From the NCBI GenBank assembly GCA_011109175.1, contig RDEW01000018.1, positions 426,618 through 490,617 of the forward strand: a stretch of 64,000 bases of DNA. The letters are read 5' to 3'. The DNA comes from Dicyema japonicum. Its lineage: Eukaryota > Animalia > Dicyemida. The notes under the pieces were generated by a model. That model did not search any database. It saw nothing but the letters and a program-made list of their open reading frames with translations, and was not told the DNA's origin. Position numbers and translations under genes: made by a program. Of this stretch, positions 26,180 through 38,778 are shown in pieces. Each line of letters starts with the position of its first letter. Positions within the stretch are counted from its first letter, which is position 1.

Positions 26180-26445
26180 AGAGCACATGTCGCTAACAAA
26201 GCGATGGAAGATTACTTTGACAGTTGCGAAAAACCCTTCCGCGGACGACCTAGATCGACACTTCCGACAGCCTTAAACAAAGACTTAAATCGTGTGAGAA
26301 AAAATCTAAAGACGGGGGACGACCTGGACAAATTGAGATCACTCACATTCGACAGAGGAAGCTGGAAAAGACTAACTATAAATATTGTTTCTTTGAGTGT
26401 TGCACATGCTATAACATTATGGCTTTCGTCCCATAATAATGTTGA
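26180..26445 (+). mobile_element. RTE LINE extreme 3' end
   Basis: ANKAMEDYF...FRGRPRSTLP...LKTGDDLD, followed by the shared GCACATGCTATAA..TTATGGC terminal motif. Confidence 0.85.
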
Positions 26446-26879
26446 ATATGTTTGAATAATGGCAAAATATATTATGTATTTCCGACATGAGTAAAAATGA
26501 AAAGTGATAGACAGGTGACATGTAACCACCACGGAACGCTACAGATGTCACAGGCGCTACGCGTTACATAATGCTCAAATTTACAATTTCAAGCATTTTT
26601 TATTAAACTTTACACATGTTTTTCTCATTTATTATATTTAAATTAAAAAATTCTAATTTAAAAATTTTTGGAAGGCGCAACAGTTTTTAAATTTTAAATA
26701 GCATAATACAGGCGTGTTTTATAAACTTAAGCTGATGGGTCCATCCTTCTTTAAAACAACCAAAGAATAAATTAATATAATGAAAATAATGGAAGAGAAG
26801 GGGATCGTCGATCTAATGACAAGACAAAAAATACCGATTTACTCAAAAGTCAAAGAATTTTTTATCTATCAATCGGAGG

Positions 26880-28900
26880 TTATACCTTAAAGACACAAAT
26901 GGAAACCACAAAATTGTCATTTTCTCTAATAATTAGTGGCCTCGCAAATTCATCAACTGACCTATTGTGGACAAAACACATTGGAACAATAATGTCTATA
27001 TACCCCTCAAAAGTTGTACTTACTTCGTATATCCCCAACATATCCAGACAGTGATGACTAAAGGATCTGCTACTATGCAAAGACTTAAATGCCAAACATC
27101 CGCTCTGGCTCTGGACATATCAGTTGACTTTCGCGGAGATTACATCCTATCTATACCCGACGAACTAACTATTCTCAATTATCAGGATTCCCATACAATG
27201 ACCCCATTCCGAAGATAGGACAGTACAACTTCCCTGGACATATGATTATGCACCTCCTTCCTTGCTGGATATCTTTTTATAGAATTTTCGTTATGGTTTA
27301 ACATGTCGCTACCATAACCCAATTTTGTTGAAACTCAAAAGATCTATTTATCTGCTAAAATGTTCTACTGAGGTCATTTTCAATGCCGACAAGAAATACA
27401 TTCCAAGAGGACTCATTGCAGACTACAATTCAAATTTCACTAAGGAAATTATCGAAAAGATTCATACAAGACGTCGACTCAAAAAATCAAAAATTTATAC
27501 GGCCGAACTATCCAATCTTAATAGCGAAATTACAGAATTAATCAACAAGAGGAAATTGGACCGTTGGAACAATTTCATCACAAAAATTAACCACCGAACA
27601 AAACTAAAGGATTTTTGGAGTACTTTACGTGGAATTCAGTCGAAACAAAATAGAATGGAGACAACCCACGCCACCAGTATTGACAAGAATCAAACACCAC
27701 GTGATTTCACTTATTAGGCAGATGTCATAATGGACCACTACGCAAAAGTGAGTCACATTGATATGAACAAATGCTCTCGTCCATGCAAATTGAAAAACGT
27801 TCAAACTCCTCAAGAAAAACCGATTGAAATCAGTGCGTCAGATGTCGAAAAACTCATCAAAAACGCCAAAAACTCTTCTGCCAAAGGGCTTGATGGAATC
27901 TGCATTTAAAGCACCTGGGAACGAAAGGACTCAAAGCAATAACAGACTTAATTTCTGTGTCCATCAACACATGCAAAATTCCTGCACTATGGAAAAAATC
28001 CAAAATAATCCCAATCCTGAAGCTCAAGAAAGATCTTTCGGATCCGTGATCTTTCAGATCAATTTCACTACAATCTGTAGTATCGAAAATTGTTGAACGT
28101 GTTGTACTGAAACTAATATCGAAGTATTTTCCCATCCCTGATTTTCAACATGGCTTTCGTCCACAATACTCAACATTAACACATCTCTCTACCCTAACTC
28201 AATATATCGCTGATGGTTTTAACAATTATAATCCTCCCAGACGGACTATCCTCGCATCGATCGACCTAACCAAGGCGTTCGATCGAACATCAAGGCGCGT
28301 GCTAAGTAACAAAATTCTTGTATCTGGAATTCCTCTACGTCTACAGAATTGGTTAACAATTTTCCTCTCTGGAAGAATTGGTCGAGCTGAAATTATGTCA
28401 TGTCTATCTCATTACAGACTTCTTCCAAGACTTCGTTTTATCACCCACCTTATTCAACTTACACCTAAGCGACATTGTATGAGGATGACATGATTGTTGC
28501 CTCTAAAGACATAGACGTTAACGAAGCAACGAAAAATGTTCAGATCCACTTGAATACTCTTGAAGAGTGGCTTAAAGCAAACCACCTATCCCTCTCTCCA
28601 TCGAAATCCACCGTCACTGTATTCACGTCCAACCGCCGCCAACTAAATTTTCAACCAATTTTAACAATTCATGGACAACCACTCACCGTTACGAAACATC
28701 CCAAAATACTTGGAGTTATTTATGACCAACTACTAACTTTCTCTAAACATGTGGAGGAACAATGTACAAAGGCCTCTCACAAGATCAACATACTTAAAGC
28801 TGTGTCAGGTCATTCCTTTGGCCAAAGCAAAGAAGCCCTAACCATCATAAACAATTCATTCGAACAACTATTAACTATGCAAGCCCTTGCTGGTCAACCT
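26880..28900 (+). mobile_element. I/Jockey-group LINE (APE + RT), heavily disrupted
   Basis: APE motifs NVYIP and DLNAKHPLW. RT motifs FQHGFRP...GFN...PPRRT...DLTKAFD, YEDD and KILGVIYDQLLTF. Confidence 0.85.
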
Positions 28901-29520
28901 CTGCACCCTGATGGCTGCGCGGGTATCACCTTCGATTAACTTCGACCGAACAGTTTTCTTGAGATGGAGCACTTCGACTTCCTCTTTCTGACCACTTGTC
29001 TCCCTTGGACGGTTAGAAGCCATGGGACAACTTGCGTTGGTCCTCATTTGGTAGCGAGAGAATGCTTTCCGCGACCATCTCGATCAAGTCTCAGTGCGGA
29101 AGGCGCAAAACTGAATATGCGCATCCAATCATGTATTGCGTTGTCCGGAGGTCATCTTCGATCGTTTTGGAAATGGCCTCCGCAGCGACAGGTAGTACGG
29201 TCTTAGGAATCCTCATCGGGATAGTCAGTAAAGAACGTAATTCTGAGAAGAAGCGTAGGAACTTTTCATGGTCCGTGGTTGATGGGTAATTAACGGAAGA
29301 GATAACATTGGCGCTGGCACGGGGAACCTCCATGCATAAGACGAGGCATGACTGGCAGTGCCATACTTCAAGCACGCTCGCTGCGGCTTGGGATAGCTTG
29401 ATACACTCGAGGTGGAAAAAATCTTCACAAGCAGAGCAGGAGATCCCACGTTTCCGAGGTCTGACAAACCGACAGACGAACACATCTCAGTTTACATGGC
29501 TGGTACCTTTTTCCTCTAAG
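28900..29520 (-). mobile_element. CRE-type retrotransposon 5' fragment with PHD finger
   Basis: VC...ISCSACEDFFHLEC...WHCQSC (PHD-like), then IPMRIPK and IEGDTRAAIR, collinear with the N-terminus of the element at 33497. Confidence 0.75.
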
Positions 29521-29629
29521 TGGAAAAGTTATATTCAGGTGCCTTTTTTTCACAACAAACATAATCACAACAACACGTATTATCTGACCTTCCACAACAT
29601 TTTTTTAAATTAAAGTTTAATATAAACCG

Positions 29630-32076
29630 ATGGAATATTGAATCGCTATATTTGAGAGTTTGACATTTAGGAATTTTAGCAGAATCTATAAAATAGAAAA
29701 AATCAGATATTATCGCGCAAACTGATTTGATAGTTGGAAATAATTAATTTATATTTCAGACTACGAACATGGGAAAAGCAGACAAGCATATAGTGTTGGT
29801 GTGCATATGTGAAAGAAACATAAGAGAACAGCTCTTGAAGAAAATGAATATGGATGTGGATAACCATCCAGTTGGTTTTGATTCGACAATGTTAGAATGA
29901 TGACAAGAAAGTACCAAACTTGTACGATTTTGCAGGGATGAAGTTTTTTATTTTTAATGAAAAGAAATTTAAAATTAATGGAATTACCAAAACAACTTTC
30001 TACAAAACTGATCGTTTTTTAAATGTCGTCAACTCGATTATTGACTGCAAAGAAAAAAATATACCAATTGAAAGTAAAATTAATAAATTCACTCAGATTT
30101 CCCAATGTTAAATAAATGGATGGAAGATCCCTCTCAAGATACTAGTTCAAGGAAAATTAGACGTATTGTTATGAATTCTGATGAGGTTTACGTTGAAAAA
30201 GAATTATCGGATAAATTAAGTAAATAAAAATTTAATTTGCAGAAATTTTAGAAATAAATGTCAAAAACTTTTACTACATGATGAAAGATGATAGGTTAAA
30301 TGACTATCAAGAATATTCAAAAGTTTCTAATGCAAGAGAAACTTTTCGAAAAAAAGTTTTAGAACAGAAAAATCTAACAGTTCCAGTGAAAAGTTATTAA
30401 GTTTTTTGGTCTCAATGAATCTGTATTTTTTTAAATTAATTAATTCCAGGATTTTGCTGAACCTTCACAGGATTTCAAAATGTTAAATGAGCTTAGCAAA
30501 AATTTGACTAAAAAGATATTTAGGAAAATATTTTACTTTTTTAGGAATCTTTTTTTTCAGCGTTTTTAAACTATGAAAAGTATACGTAAAATATATAATA
30601 ATGTCAGTAAATTGCATGGGAATAATGATTACAGCGAACCTAATTTTTATGAACAGTTATTAACATTAGAAGTTGATTGGGTAAGCAATCGCAACAAATT
30701 GATAAAACCCGATATTTTAGATAAAGAGTCGTTAGAAACTTTCAGTCTTAACCAGTTTGAACCTTCAGTTTAAAAATTAATCAATTCTAGGATCTTGATA
30801 AACCATTTTTGGAATACATTGGCAAGGCGATAACATTCGTAATGACATTATATGAGAAATATTCATCTACCAGTCATAAACTCTATTAGTATTTTATTTT
30901 TTTAAATTAGTCGCGAAGTTAAAATTATTCTATATCAGGATTTAACATTACTGATTGTATATCCAGTGTTTTTTAAAAAAATACGTCCATTTTTTGTCAA
31001 TAATAGCGAGACCTTTAAAGTATAAAATGACTCACTTTAGAACACTTTGGCTTGTTCTTGGAAGTCATTCCAAAATCTTGAAAATAATGAATCAACATTA
31101 TTTACAACATCTGACGGGAATTTATTAGTAAAAACTATTTCCGAAAGTGAATTAAACATTCTCAAAACATTATTTGATGACTATATCATGGTACATTATT
31201 TTTTGAGTTTTCAGCATTTTTTATTCAATAGAGACACTTTACTTACAAAAGTATACGGAATCTATAGTTATGAAGTTTACTATTTAGATATTGAATTTAG
31301 ATGGAAAATAAAAGTGAGTCATTCATGGTTGTGAATAACATATTTTCCTGAGTAATCAATTTTTCAGAAAAATACGAATTTAATGAGATTACACAGTTTT
31401 TCAGTGAAGGGGAAAATCTAAACGTTTATTCGACGTATAAAAAAGAAGATTTTATGAATAACATCCGAATGGGCTCTTATTAAAGGGTGAACATTTTGAT
31501 CTGATCATGAAAAATCTCGAAAAAGACACTAAGGTTATCTTCTTTGATAGTCTTTAGATGCTCGAAAAACAGAGAATTATTAACTACAGTCTACTTCTTG
31601 GAATTCAAGATTCATGTGAAGAGGTAGTTTTTAAATTTTTTCAAAGTTTAATTCTATGTTGAAAAAGGGGAGTCTCTTCTCGAATGGTAAAAAACTCAGT
31701 GACTGCCTGATTCCTGCTAAAACCTCGAATGGTTCAATTGTCTACCTCAGATTTGGGATTGTAGACATTTCTCAGAAGTACAATAAAACTGACGATTCGG
31801 AAAGTCAATTAAACCGTGATATTTCTTCAGAGGTTTGAAATTTATTTATGCCAGGATACATATGTTACCAGTTCAGTTTACTATCGTCAAAGACTTCTTT
31901 CTTTTGTCAGATCAATTCTACGTCCTGATTATGACGGTGAATTCCCTAAACAAATTTACTTAAAATATTTTCCCGAAAAAAGTGTGGAAAAAGAAATTTT
32001 TAACCTTGGTGTCAATGGAAAAGAATTTGATTTTGTCTATAACACATGGCCACCTGAGACAAGGTCCACACTTTAA
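29630..32076 (+). CDS. Divergent PIP5K-family phosphatidylinositol-phosphate kinase-like gene, multi-exon; probable pseudokinase or pseudogene; 5' end approximate
   Basis: TSDGNLLVKTI..E, RDTLLTKVYGIY, FMVVNNIF, HPNGLLL, DTKML...IINYSLLLGI, FGIVDISQKY and YRQRLLSFV align in order to the PIPK catalytic domain. Introns of 21-27 nt (e.g. 31191-31214). In-frame TGA at 31349-31351 and a -1 frameshift at about 31461. Confidence 0.72.
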
Positions 32077-32589
32077 TTTAAATAGAGTTAATCATAATCA
32101 TAGAATTAAAATTTATTATTAATATTTTTCTTAATATACGTAAACATAGAGCTTGTTAGCTATGTTGATGGCCATATGTTTTTCCTAGATTATAGTATTC
32201 TTCATTCCAGTAAACGATGTAGTCTAGAGCGCGTGCTTTCAATAACCGAGGTAGCCCATTGTTACCGACAATCAGCTGTTGAGGAAGACATTATTGCTCG
32301 TAAAACCGGAAAATTCGTGTTGTTTTACTGAGGACAAATCCTAGAAGCATCCGCGTCGGAAATATGTCGGACAAGCTCGACGGCCGTTCGATTTGGGTTT
32401 TCTTTACTCATTTCAGCACAGAAATCCGAATAATCTGACGGATTTATATGGTTCTTATCAACATCAACCATTAACCGCAACGTGTTAATAATTATATATA
32501 TCTTTAATAGAATTATTTATTATTTATATTTTTTGATTTAAAATTATTTGAAAAATAATTAGTCATGTGAGATATACATAGAAAGCAAT

Positions 32590-33495
32590 TAAAACAACCT
32601 ATTCTAAAGGACCGGATAAAGATTGTAGGAAAAAAAGTCAAGTGAAAAAAGGTCAAATGGAAATAAAGTTTATAAATTAAGATTTTTATTCATGATGGTT
32701 TCATTTTAAAGTTAGCGAGTTTAGAATAACAAATTATTTAAATAGTTAATTTCGGCTAATGTTAATGCTTTAGTTTGTAATTGCATTAAAATGTCCCGCC
32801 ACATCTAAAACTACACGTGGTGGAAATAAATTCTAAAAATAAAACAAATTTTTTCTACTTTTAAAATTTTTTAAAAAATTTAAAATGTTATAAACATATG
32901 ATTTTTAATTAACGTGAATCAAGAGATTATTTAATGTGAATCAAAAGAATATTTAATATTCCATGCAATTGCTTTTAGGGCTTCTCCTACTGTTTTTTTC
33001 CGTCCTGGCGATCCAGACATATATTTAAAAGCCTTTTTTGTCTATCAATCGTTTTTTATCTGTTCTTGTTGAAATTCTTTTTCCAAAGGAATCCTGGCCA
33101 ACACTAGTTTTCGTCATTTTTTCTTCTATAAATTTGGAGGAAACAACGAACCAATGTATATTATTCTATTTTTTCTTCCATATTTTCAATGGGTAAACAC
33201 GCAAAGGCGTCTATCATTGCGCAAAAAATGTTAAAATTAATATTTTCTTTATATTGTTTTACTAGATGCAATTCTTGAATTTTTCTCCAGATTGACTGTC
33301 TTAGATAATAATAACATCCTCTAATATGTATTCGTCTCCCAAATACTGCAAGGACAGCTCGAAATACCGAATCTTCAAAGTCTGCCATAATAGTTTCAAG
33401 ACAAAATTCCAAATTCAAAATATGAATTGCATTTTGAATAGCCTCAAAAAAATATTTGTAAATCTTTCGTGATTTAGAAGGTAATATAATTGAAC
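32590..33495 (-). mobile_element. MULE/Mutator transposon remnant
   Basis: ILPSKSRKIYKYFFEAI...IMADFEDSVFRAV..VF....IRGCYYYLRQSIWRKIQE is the MULE transposase D-FE / GC.FH..Q region. GACTTTTTT/GACC-type terminal sequence near 32600-32660. Confidence 0.75.
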
Positions 33496-33496
33496 G

Positions 33497-36400
33497 TGGT
33501 GTTGTGGTGTATTGGCCGCCGTTCTACCGTTCTACTTTTTGGATTGAAGATGACAACGGAAAAGGATCCGAAACCAACACCGAAACCCAAAGAGCATATT
33601 TCTCGCACGTCTATCCCCATTTTCTGTGGACAGGCAAACAAGAGGAAATATAGTATCCAATGTTCCTGTTGCCCAAATTTTGGACACCTTGGGTGCAACA
33701 AGCTGACAAGACGGACTGCTCAGTGTCTCCCAAGTTGGTCATGCCCCACATGCCTTGGGAACCCCACAAGGCAAAAGGAACCGCTCTCTGGTTCAGTCCT
33801 GGATCTATCTAACACGGACGAATGTTTACGCCGACTGAACCGGCTTGTATCAGAGAGGGTTATTCCACTCAGAATCCCAAAATCGGTGCCTAGCAGCTGC
33901 CACGTGTCTCTCGAAACTAATCACCAAAGCAGTCAGTGACAACACCCAAGAAGCTTGGATTTCTCTGCTTTGCACCTCTTGTCTCGGATCACATCCGACC
34001 GAACTGAAAACGGAATGTCAAGTCAATCATCAAAAAGAACGTTTCTAAATACGAAAGTATCAACCTGGCGGATACACTGGAAAGCATTTCGACTGCTGTT
34101 GACTCACCCTCTTCATCCAGAACAAAGAAAAGGGATCTTCGCAGAGAAATAAACAAGAAGATCATGGTCGGGGACATTCGGGGAGCCCTACGTACACTCT
34201 CCAGCAGCGACAAGGTTCCTTCACCAAGCAAAGAAACCTTAGACCAGTTAGTCCAGAAACATCCGCCCGCACCAGCTGATCTACGTGACACGAAAATTCA
34301 AAAGGATGTCCCACAACTAAATGCCACCCCTGATGATATTAAATGAGCTATTCGTGCATTCCTTGAAAGCAGCGGCGCCGGTCTGGACGGCCTACGCCCA
34401 AGCCACATAAAAGACCTCACCTCTGTAACAACCGTCGACACAGGGGACTCCTTCATCGTCTCATTGAATGCTCTTACGAACCACGTTCTTCGGCAGATAT
34501 CTCGGAGTATGCTCGAGAACTCCTCTTCGCTTCGAGGTTGGTAGCCTTCAAGAAGCCTTGCGGCGGGATAAGATTCATCGCCATTGGTAACGTTCTTAGG
34601 CGCCTATCGTCGAAGATCGCTGCCAGAGCAGCTAGCAAGACTTTGAGTGCCAAACTTAGTCCTGTCCAATTCGGAGTTGGAGTACCTAATGGATGTGAAG
34701 CAGTAATACATTCAATCCGGAATTTTGTTGCCAGCCCTCCTGACGCGCAGGATTCAATTATAGTCAAACTGGACATACGTAATGCATTCAATAGCATCCG
34801 AAGGATAGAATCATAGAAGATAGTGTCTCTAGGATTCCTGAGATCAGCAGGATGGTCAGACTCTCATATGGTTCCCCGTGTACGCTGATCTTTGGACAGC
34901 ACGCCATCAACGCCAAGACTGGAGTCCAACAAGGAGACCCACTTGGCCCTCTACTCTTTGCTTTGGATATCGACTGTGTATCATCTGCGATCAAAACTCC
35001 CTTGAACTTATGGTACCTTGATGACGCGACCATTGGGGGAGTTGGAAAATTGTTGTGGAAGAGATTAAACGCGTCATCCCTGCCCTCGCGGCACTCGGAC
35101 TGGAGCCGAATCCATCGAAGTGCGAAGTTATTAACGTGACCTGTGGAGAGGACGCCTTTGAAATCGCAATAACGACCATTTCTACTTGCCTCCAGGACAT
35201 CAAAGTCACCCGACTAGAAAAGGCGATTTTCCTCGGATCTCCTCTGTATGACATGTCAACTGTCCTGGAGGAAAAGAGTGAATCCGTACAGCTGCTCACG
35301 CACAATCTAAAGGCTTTGGACTCCCACATTTCTCTCTTCATCCTCAAGAATTTTCACCTTACACCACTCCTTTTTTTCTACGAACATCCCCATGTTTCAC
35401 AGACATGGATTTATTGAGAGTTATCGACGAGAAGCTGAGGACCTCTGTTAAAGAAACACTTAACATCTCTCTGGATAAAGCAGGGTGGACCCAATGCAAG
35501 TTACTACTTCGTTATGGAGGAATTGGGATACGCTCGCCACTTGAACTCGCCCTCCCAGCCTTTCTGTCTTCGACATATGCTTCCCGTGGTCTAGTTCACC
35601 AGAGCTACATTAACGGATCGGACACTGAACCAATGGCATGCATGGCTCACGATGTTTGGATTGGACTTAATTTGGGACTCCCGAAAAACTTCAACTTCAA
35701 CAAACAACGAGACTGGAACGAACTTGTATGTTCGAGGACCATCGATGAGCTAAAACCACAACTCGACCGCATCGTCTTGCTTGTCTGGCTACCGCATCAA
35801 CAAACGTAAGTGGTGCATGGCTCAAAGCATTCCCGTGCATTTCACTCGGAACTTTTCTGGACGATGACTCCACGAGGATTGGGGTTTCCGTCCGCCTCGA
35901 AATCGATGTTTGCGCAATCTATCGCTGTAAATGTGGAGGAATAGTCGACGCGAAAGGACTCCACGCACTTTCCTGCCGAAGAGCGCTGGAAGGAGCCTGA
36001 GACATAGTGCAATCAACAAGGTTATTGCGTGGGGACTAGAAGCTGCCGAATTCCCTGTCCAGATGGAGTTCCTAGGACTTGCCACGGCAAACAGAAGGCC
36101 GGATGGAGCGACTCTGTTCCCGTGGATGCTGGGAAGTACCTGGCCTGGGATGCCACCTGCGTAGATAGCTTCTCCCCTTCCAATATTACAATGAGTGAGA
36201 AAATCCAGGCTCAGCTGCAGAGAAAGCAGAAATACTTAAAGCAAAGAAGTACACATGCCTCGGCGAGCAGTACACATTTGAACCTGTCGCAGTCGAAACT
36301 TCGGGAGTCATAGGAAGCAGGTCGTTAGCCCTGCTCAACAAAATTGGATCGTTAGTCGCTAAAAGGAGGAGGGATGTCAGAGAGAAGGGCTGGCTCATTA

Positions 36401-36510
36401 AGCGCATCTCCTTACAGATCGTAAGGGGAAATGCGCTCTCAATCCTGAGAGCAGCCAGTAGCCTTTAACTATTTGGTTTTATTCTTGAATAAATAAATTC
36501 AAATTAAAAA
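33497..36510 (+). mobile_element. Near full-length CRE-type non-LTR retrotransposon (PHD finger + RT + Zn finger + RLE), frameshifted
   Basis: PHD-like CSCCPNFGHLGC...WSCPTC; RT motifs KKPCGGIRFIA, KLDIRNAFNS, GVQQGDPLGPLLF and WYLDD; GGIGIR; RPDG..PW..GKYLAWDATCVD; ETSG; RISLQIVRGNA; AATAAA near the 3' end. Confidence 0.9.
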
Positions 36511-36529
36511 AAATATTCCATAAATAACT

Positions 36530-37345
36530 GTAATTGCACTGGCATAGAACTGAATCCTGATAAAATAGATTTGCTTGAAGATACATGGTGCCATGGAGAA
36601 ATTTCAATCCATTTACCATGGGAACCCTCATTTATGTTAATTTAAAAAAAGAAAAATTATATTTATTACACGTTTGTGTTATAAAGATATACATCAGAGA
36701 AGCTGACTTTAGTTTAAAAATAGAGGGACTTGTATTGGTTTGTATACTTTAAAGTTAGTGAATCTAAGATTTATTCTATTGCTACGGTATCTTTTTTTAT
36801 AACCAATAAATTAAAGATTAAAGTTATTGATCCATATCAGATGATGACAGATCTTATATTCTTCTATCGAGAGATGAAGCCATTTATCCACAAAAACTCA
36901 AACTTTATCAATCTCTTTGAAAAGATTTTAAATTTTCTAAAACCTAAAGAAAAAAATTTTACAAAAAGATAAAAGTAATTTTTAATGTATCATGCAGCCT
37001 TGTTTTCTCAGAAGATTTTGTTGATTCAATGAAAATAAGTTGAACTTTTTATGCAGTTGTTGATAAAAGCGAGCATTCCTACACCGAGGTATATTGCTCT
37101 GAGTTTAGAATAACTCTTATTTCTATAGTTTATTTTTCGTAAGATACCCATTTTTTCTAAGTTTCATTTCTTATTATTATTTATTTTATTTATTAACCCT
37201 GAATACACCGAGAAAAAAGTTAAAGTAAGCAACTAATTAAATGTATCCAGTTTCCACTTCTACGGAAACGAAGTCCATCTGGAATCAGCAAAAAAGGTAA
37301 GACATTACAGTTTTCTTAGCTAAAGAAGCCATTCCAAATGAAGTA
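36530..37345 (+). CDS. Unidentified multi-exon gene or remnant with a predicted hydrophobic segment
   Basis: Open segments are separated by GT-AG spacers of about 20-30 nt (e.g. gtattggtttgtatactttaaag, gtaagacattacagttttcttag). It contains YFYSLFFVRYPFFLSFISYYYLFYLLTL then TPRKK. No family recognised and the frame is not fully continuous. Confidence 0.3.
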
Positions 37346-38778
37346 GTTTCACAGTTCTCATAAAAAATATATAAGAACCGTCTGATTTTACAAAATACAA
37401 TTTATATTTTTTTAAATATATTAAAATTATCGCCAATAAATGAAACAATTTCTGTATCATGTTATGGGTGAAGCATCATCTGCTCCGTAACGAAATGAAA
37501 GCACGCACTTTGTATAATCGTTTTTTGGGGTATATAATAGCGAGTGCAATATTTTGGCATATAAACTTACCGACAATGTAGAATGTCATTATTGCGACTT
37601 GCCAATTTGACGTAATTGACAGAAATCGAGAGTTTCGTTTTGGTGGTCTTATTCGAATAACAGGTTCTTCTTGTCCGTCGAATGTATAACAATTTTTTGT
37701 ATGGTCCGCTGCTCTCACGTTTGGAATGCCAACAGTGAATTCTTAAAACGATCGACTTTAATGTAAAATTGTAAGCCTATTATTATTTATACCTTCACTA
37801 GAATCATAATAATTATGCAGAAAAAGAAATTTTTTTAAATGTTAATTTCTTACAATCACTACGGCACACCACAGTAATTAGCTAGAATTCCAAATGAGTC
37901 GAGGTCATCGTCGGACTTCAGTTGTTTTTTTACACGTTTATGGTCTTTTGAAGCTTGGCAGTTTTACCTAAAACCTTTAATGGAAATGACTCATTAGAAA
38001 AACGTAGTATTCTTTTATCGCTCAGTTCCGTGAGGAAGTCTAATCATCACCAGGATGTTCCTTAATAGTCTCCAGCGAGACGCCATAAAGTTTGTATTAC
38101 AACATATTTCTTATAGATTTTCTTTCCAATCAAGGATTATCCGTAATTCTGCATTTTCAAGTGGACATCCAAGAAAGTAGACTTGCTCACCTGGGAAGAT
38201 AGATATGCCCGGCAATAGATTGTTAAAAATTCCTGCCTCTCAGAGGATTTCGTTTTTCAGGTTTAAAATATGATGAGCTCAATTTTTATGTTGACTTGAA
38301 GGTCAAGATCATACTAGGCAGGTAACAAGTATGATGGACTCTTATATAAATTTCTGTATGTCCTTTAAATTCTTATGTCATCAAGATACCAGAGGTTGAA
38401 ATCGAGTATCCATGAAACGATCCAAATGATCGATCGTCAATGAGAAGAAGAGTGTTGTAGAGTCAAAGGATATATACAAACGCTAGTGCCAATGAAGACT
38501 TTGGAAAGTATATAAGATGATGAGAGGCTTGGAGTATCGATGCCTAGTAAGATATAAAACGGCATAAAATGTCAACTTATGTTAGTCTCTGAATGTTAAT
38601 TGTGCATCGACGTGATGACATCTAACATGGTATTGAGGTTGGTTCCGAGAAGAAAGATCGAGTAAGATTAGAGCTATAAAAAATTTCTTTTACTTAAAAT
38701 TAAAAAAAATATATTTATTGTCTAAAGTCTAATTTTTTTTAAATTAACTTAATTATAAATTCAAAATTTTGTTAGAAA

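Noticed and set aside
31349-31351. Stop-codon reassignment (TGA read-through) as an alternative genetic code
   Set aside because: TAM41, LENG1 and Cdc25 are continuous under the standard code. One TGA in a degenerate gene is not enough evidence.
32150-32420. hAT dimerisation-domain remnant on the - strand
   Set aside because: The diagnostic ERxFS motif is absent and no termini were found.
33446-36517. AAAAAAATATT as TSD of the long CRE element
   Set aside because: The left copy lies inside the MULE reading frame, which continues to about 33495 (ILPSKSRKIYKYFF), and the right flank does not resume the MULE.
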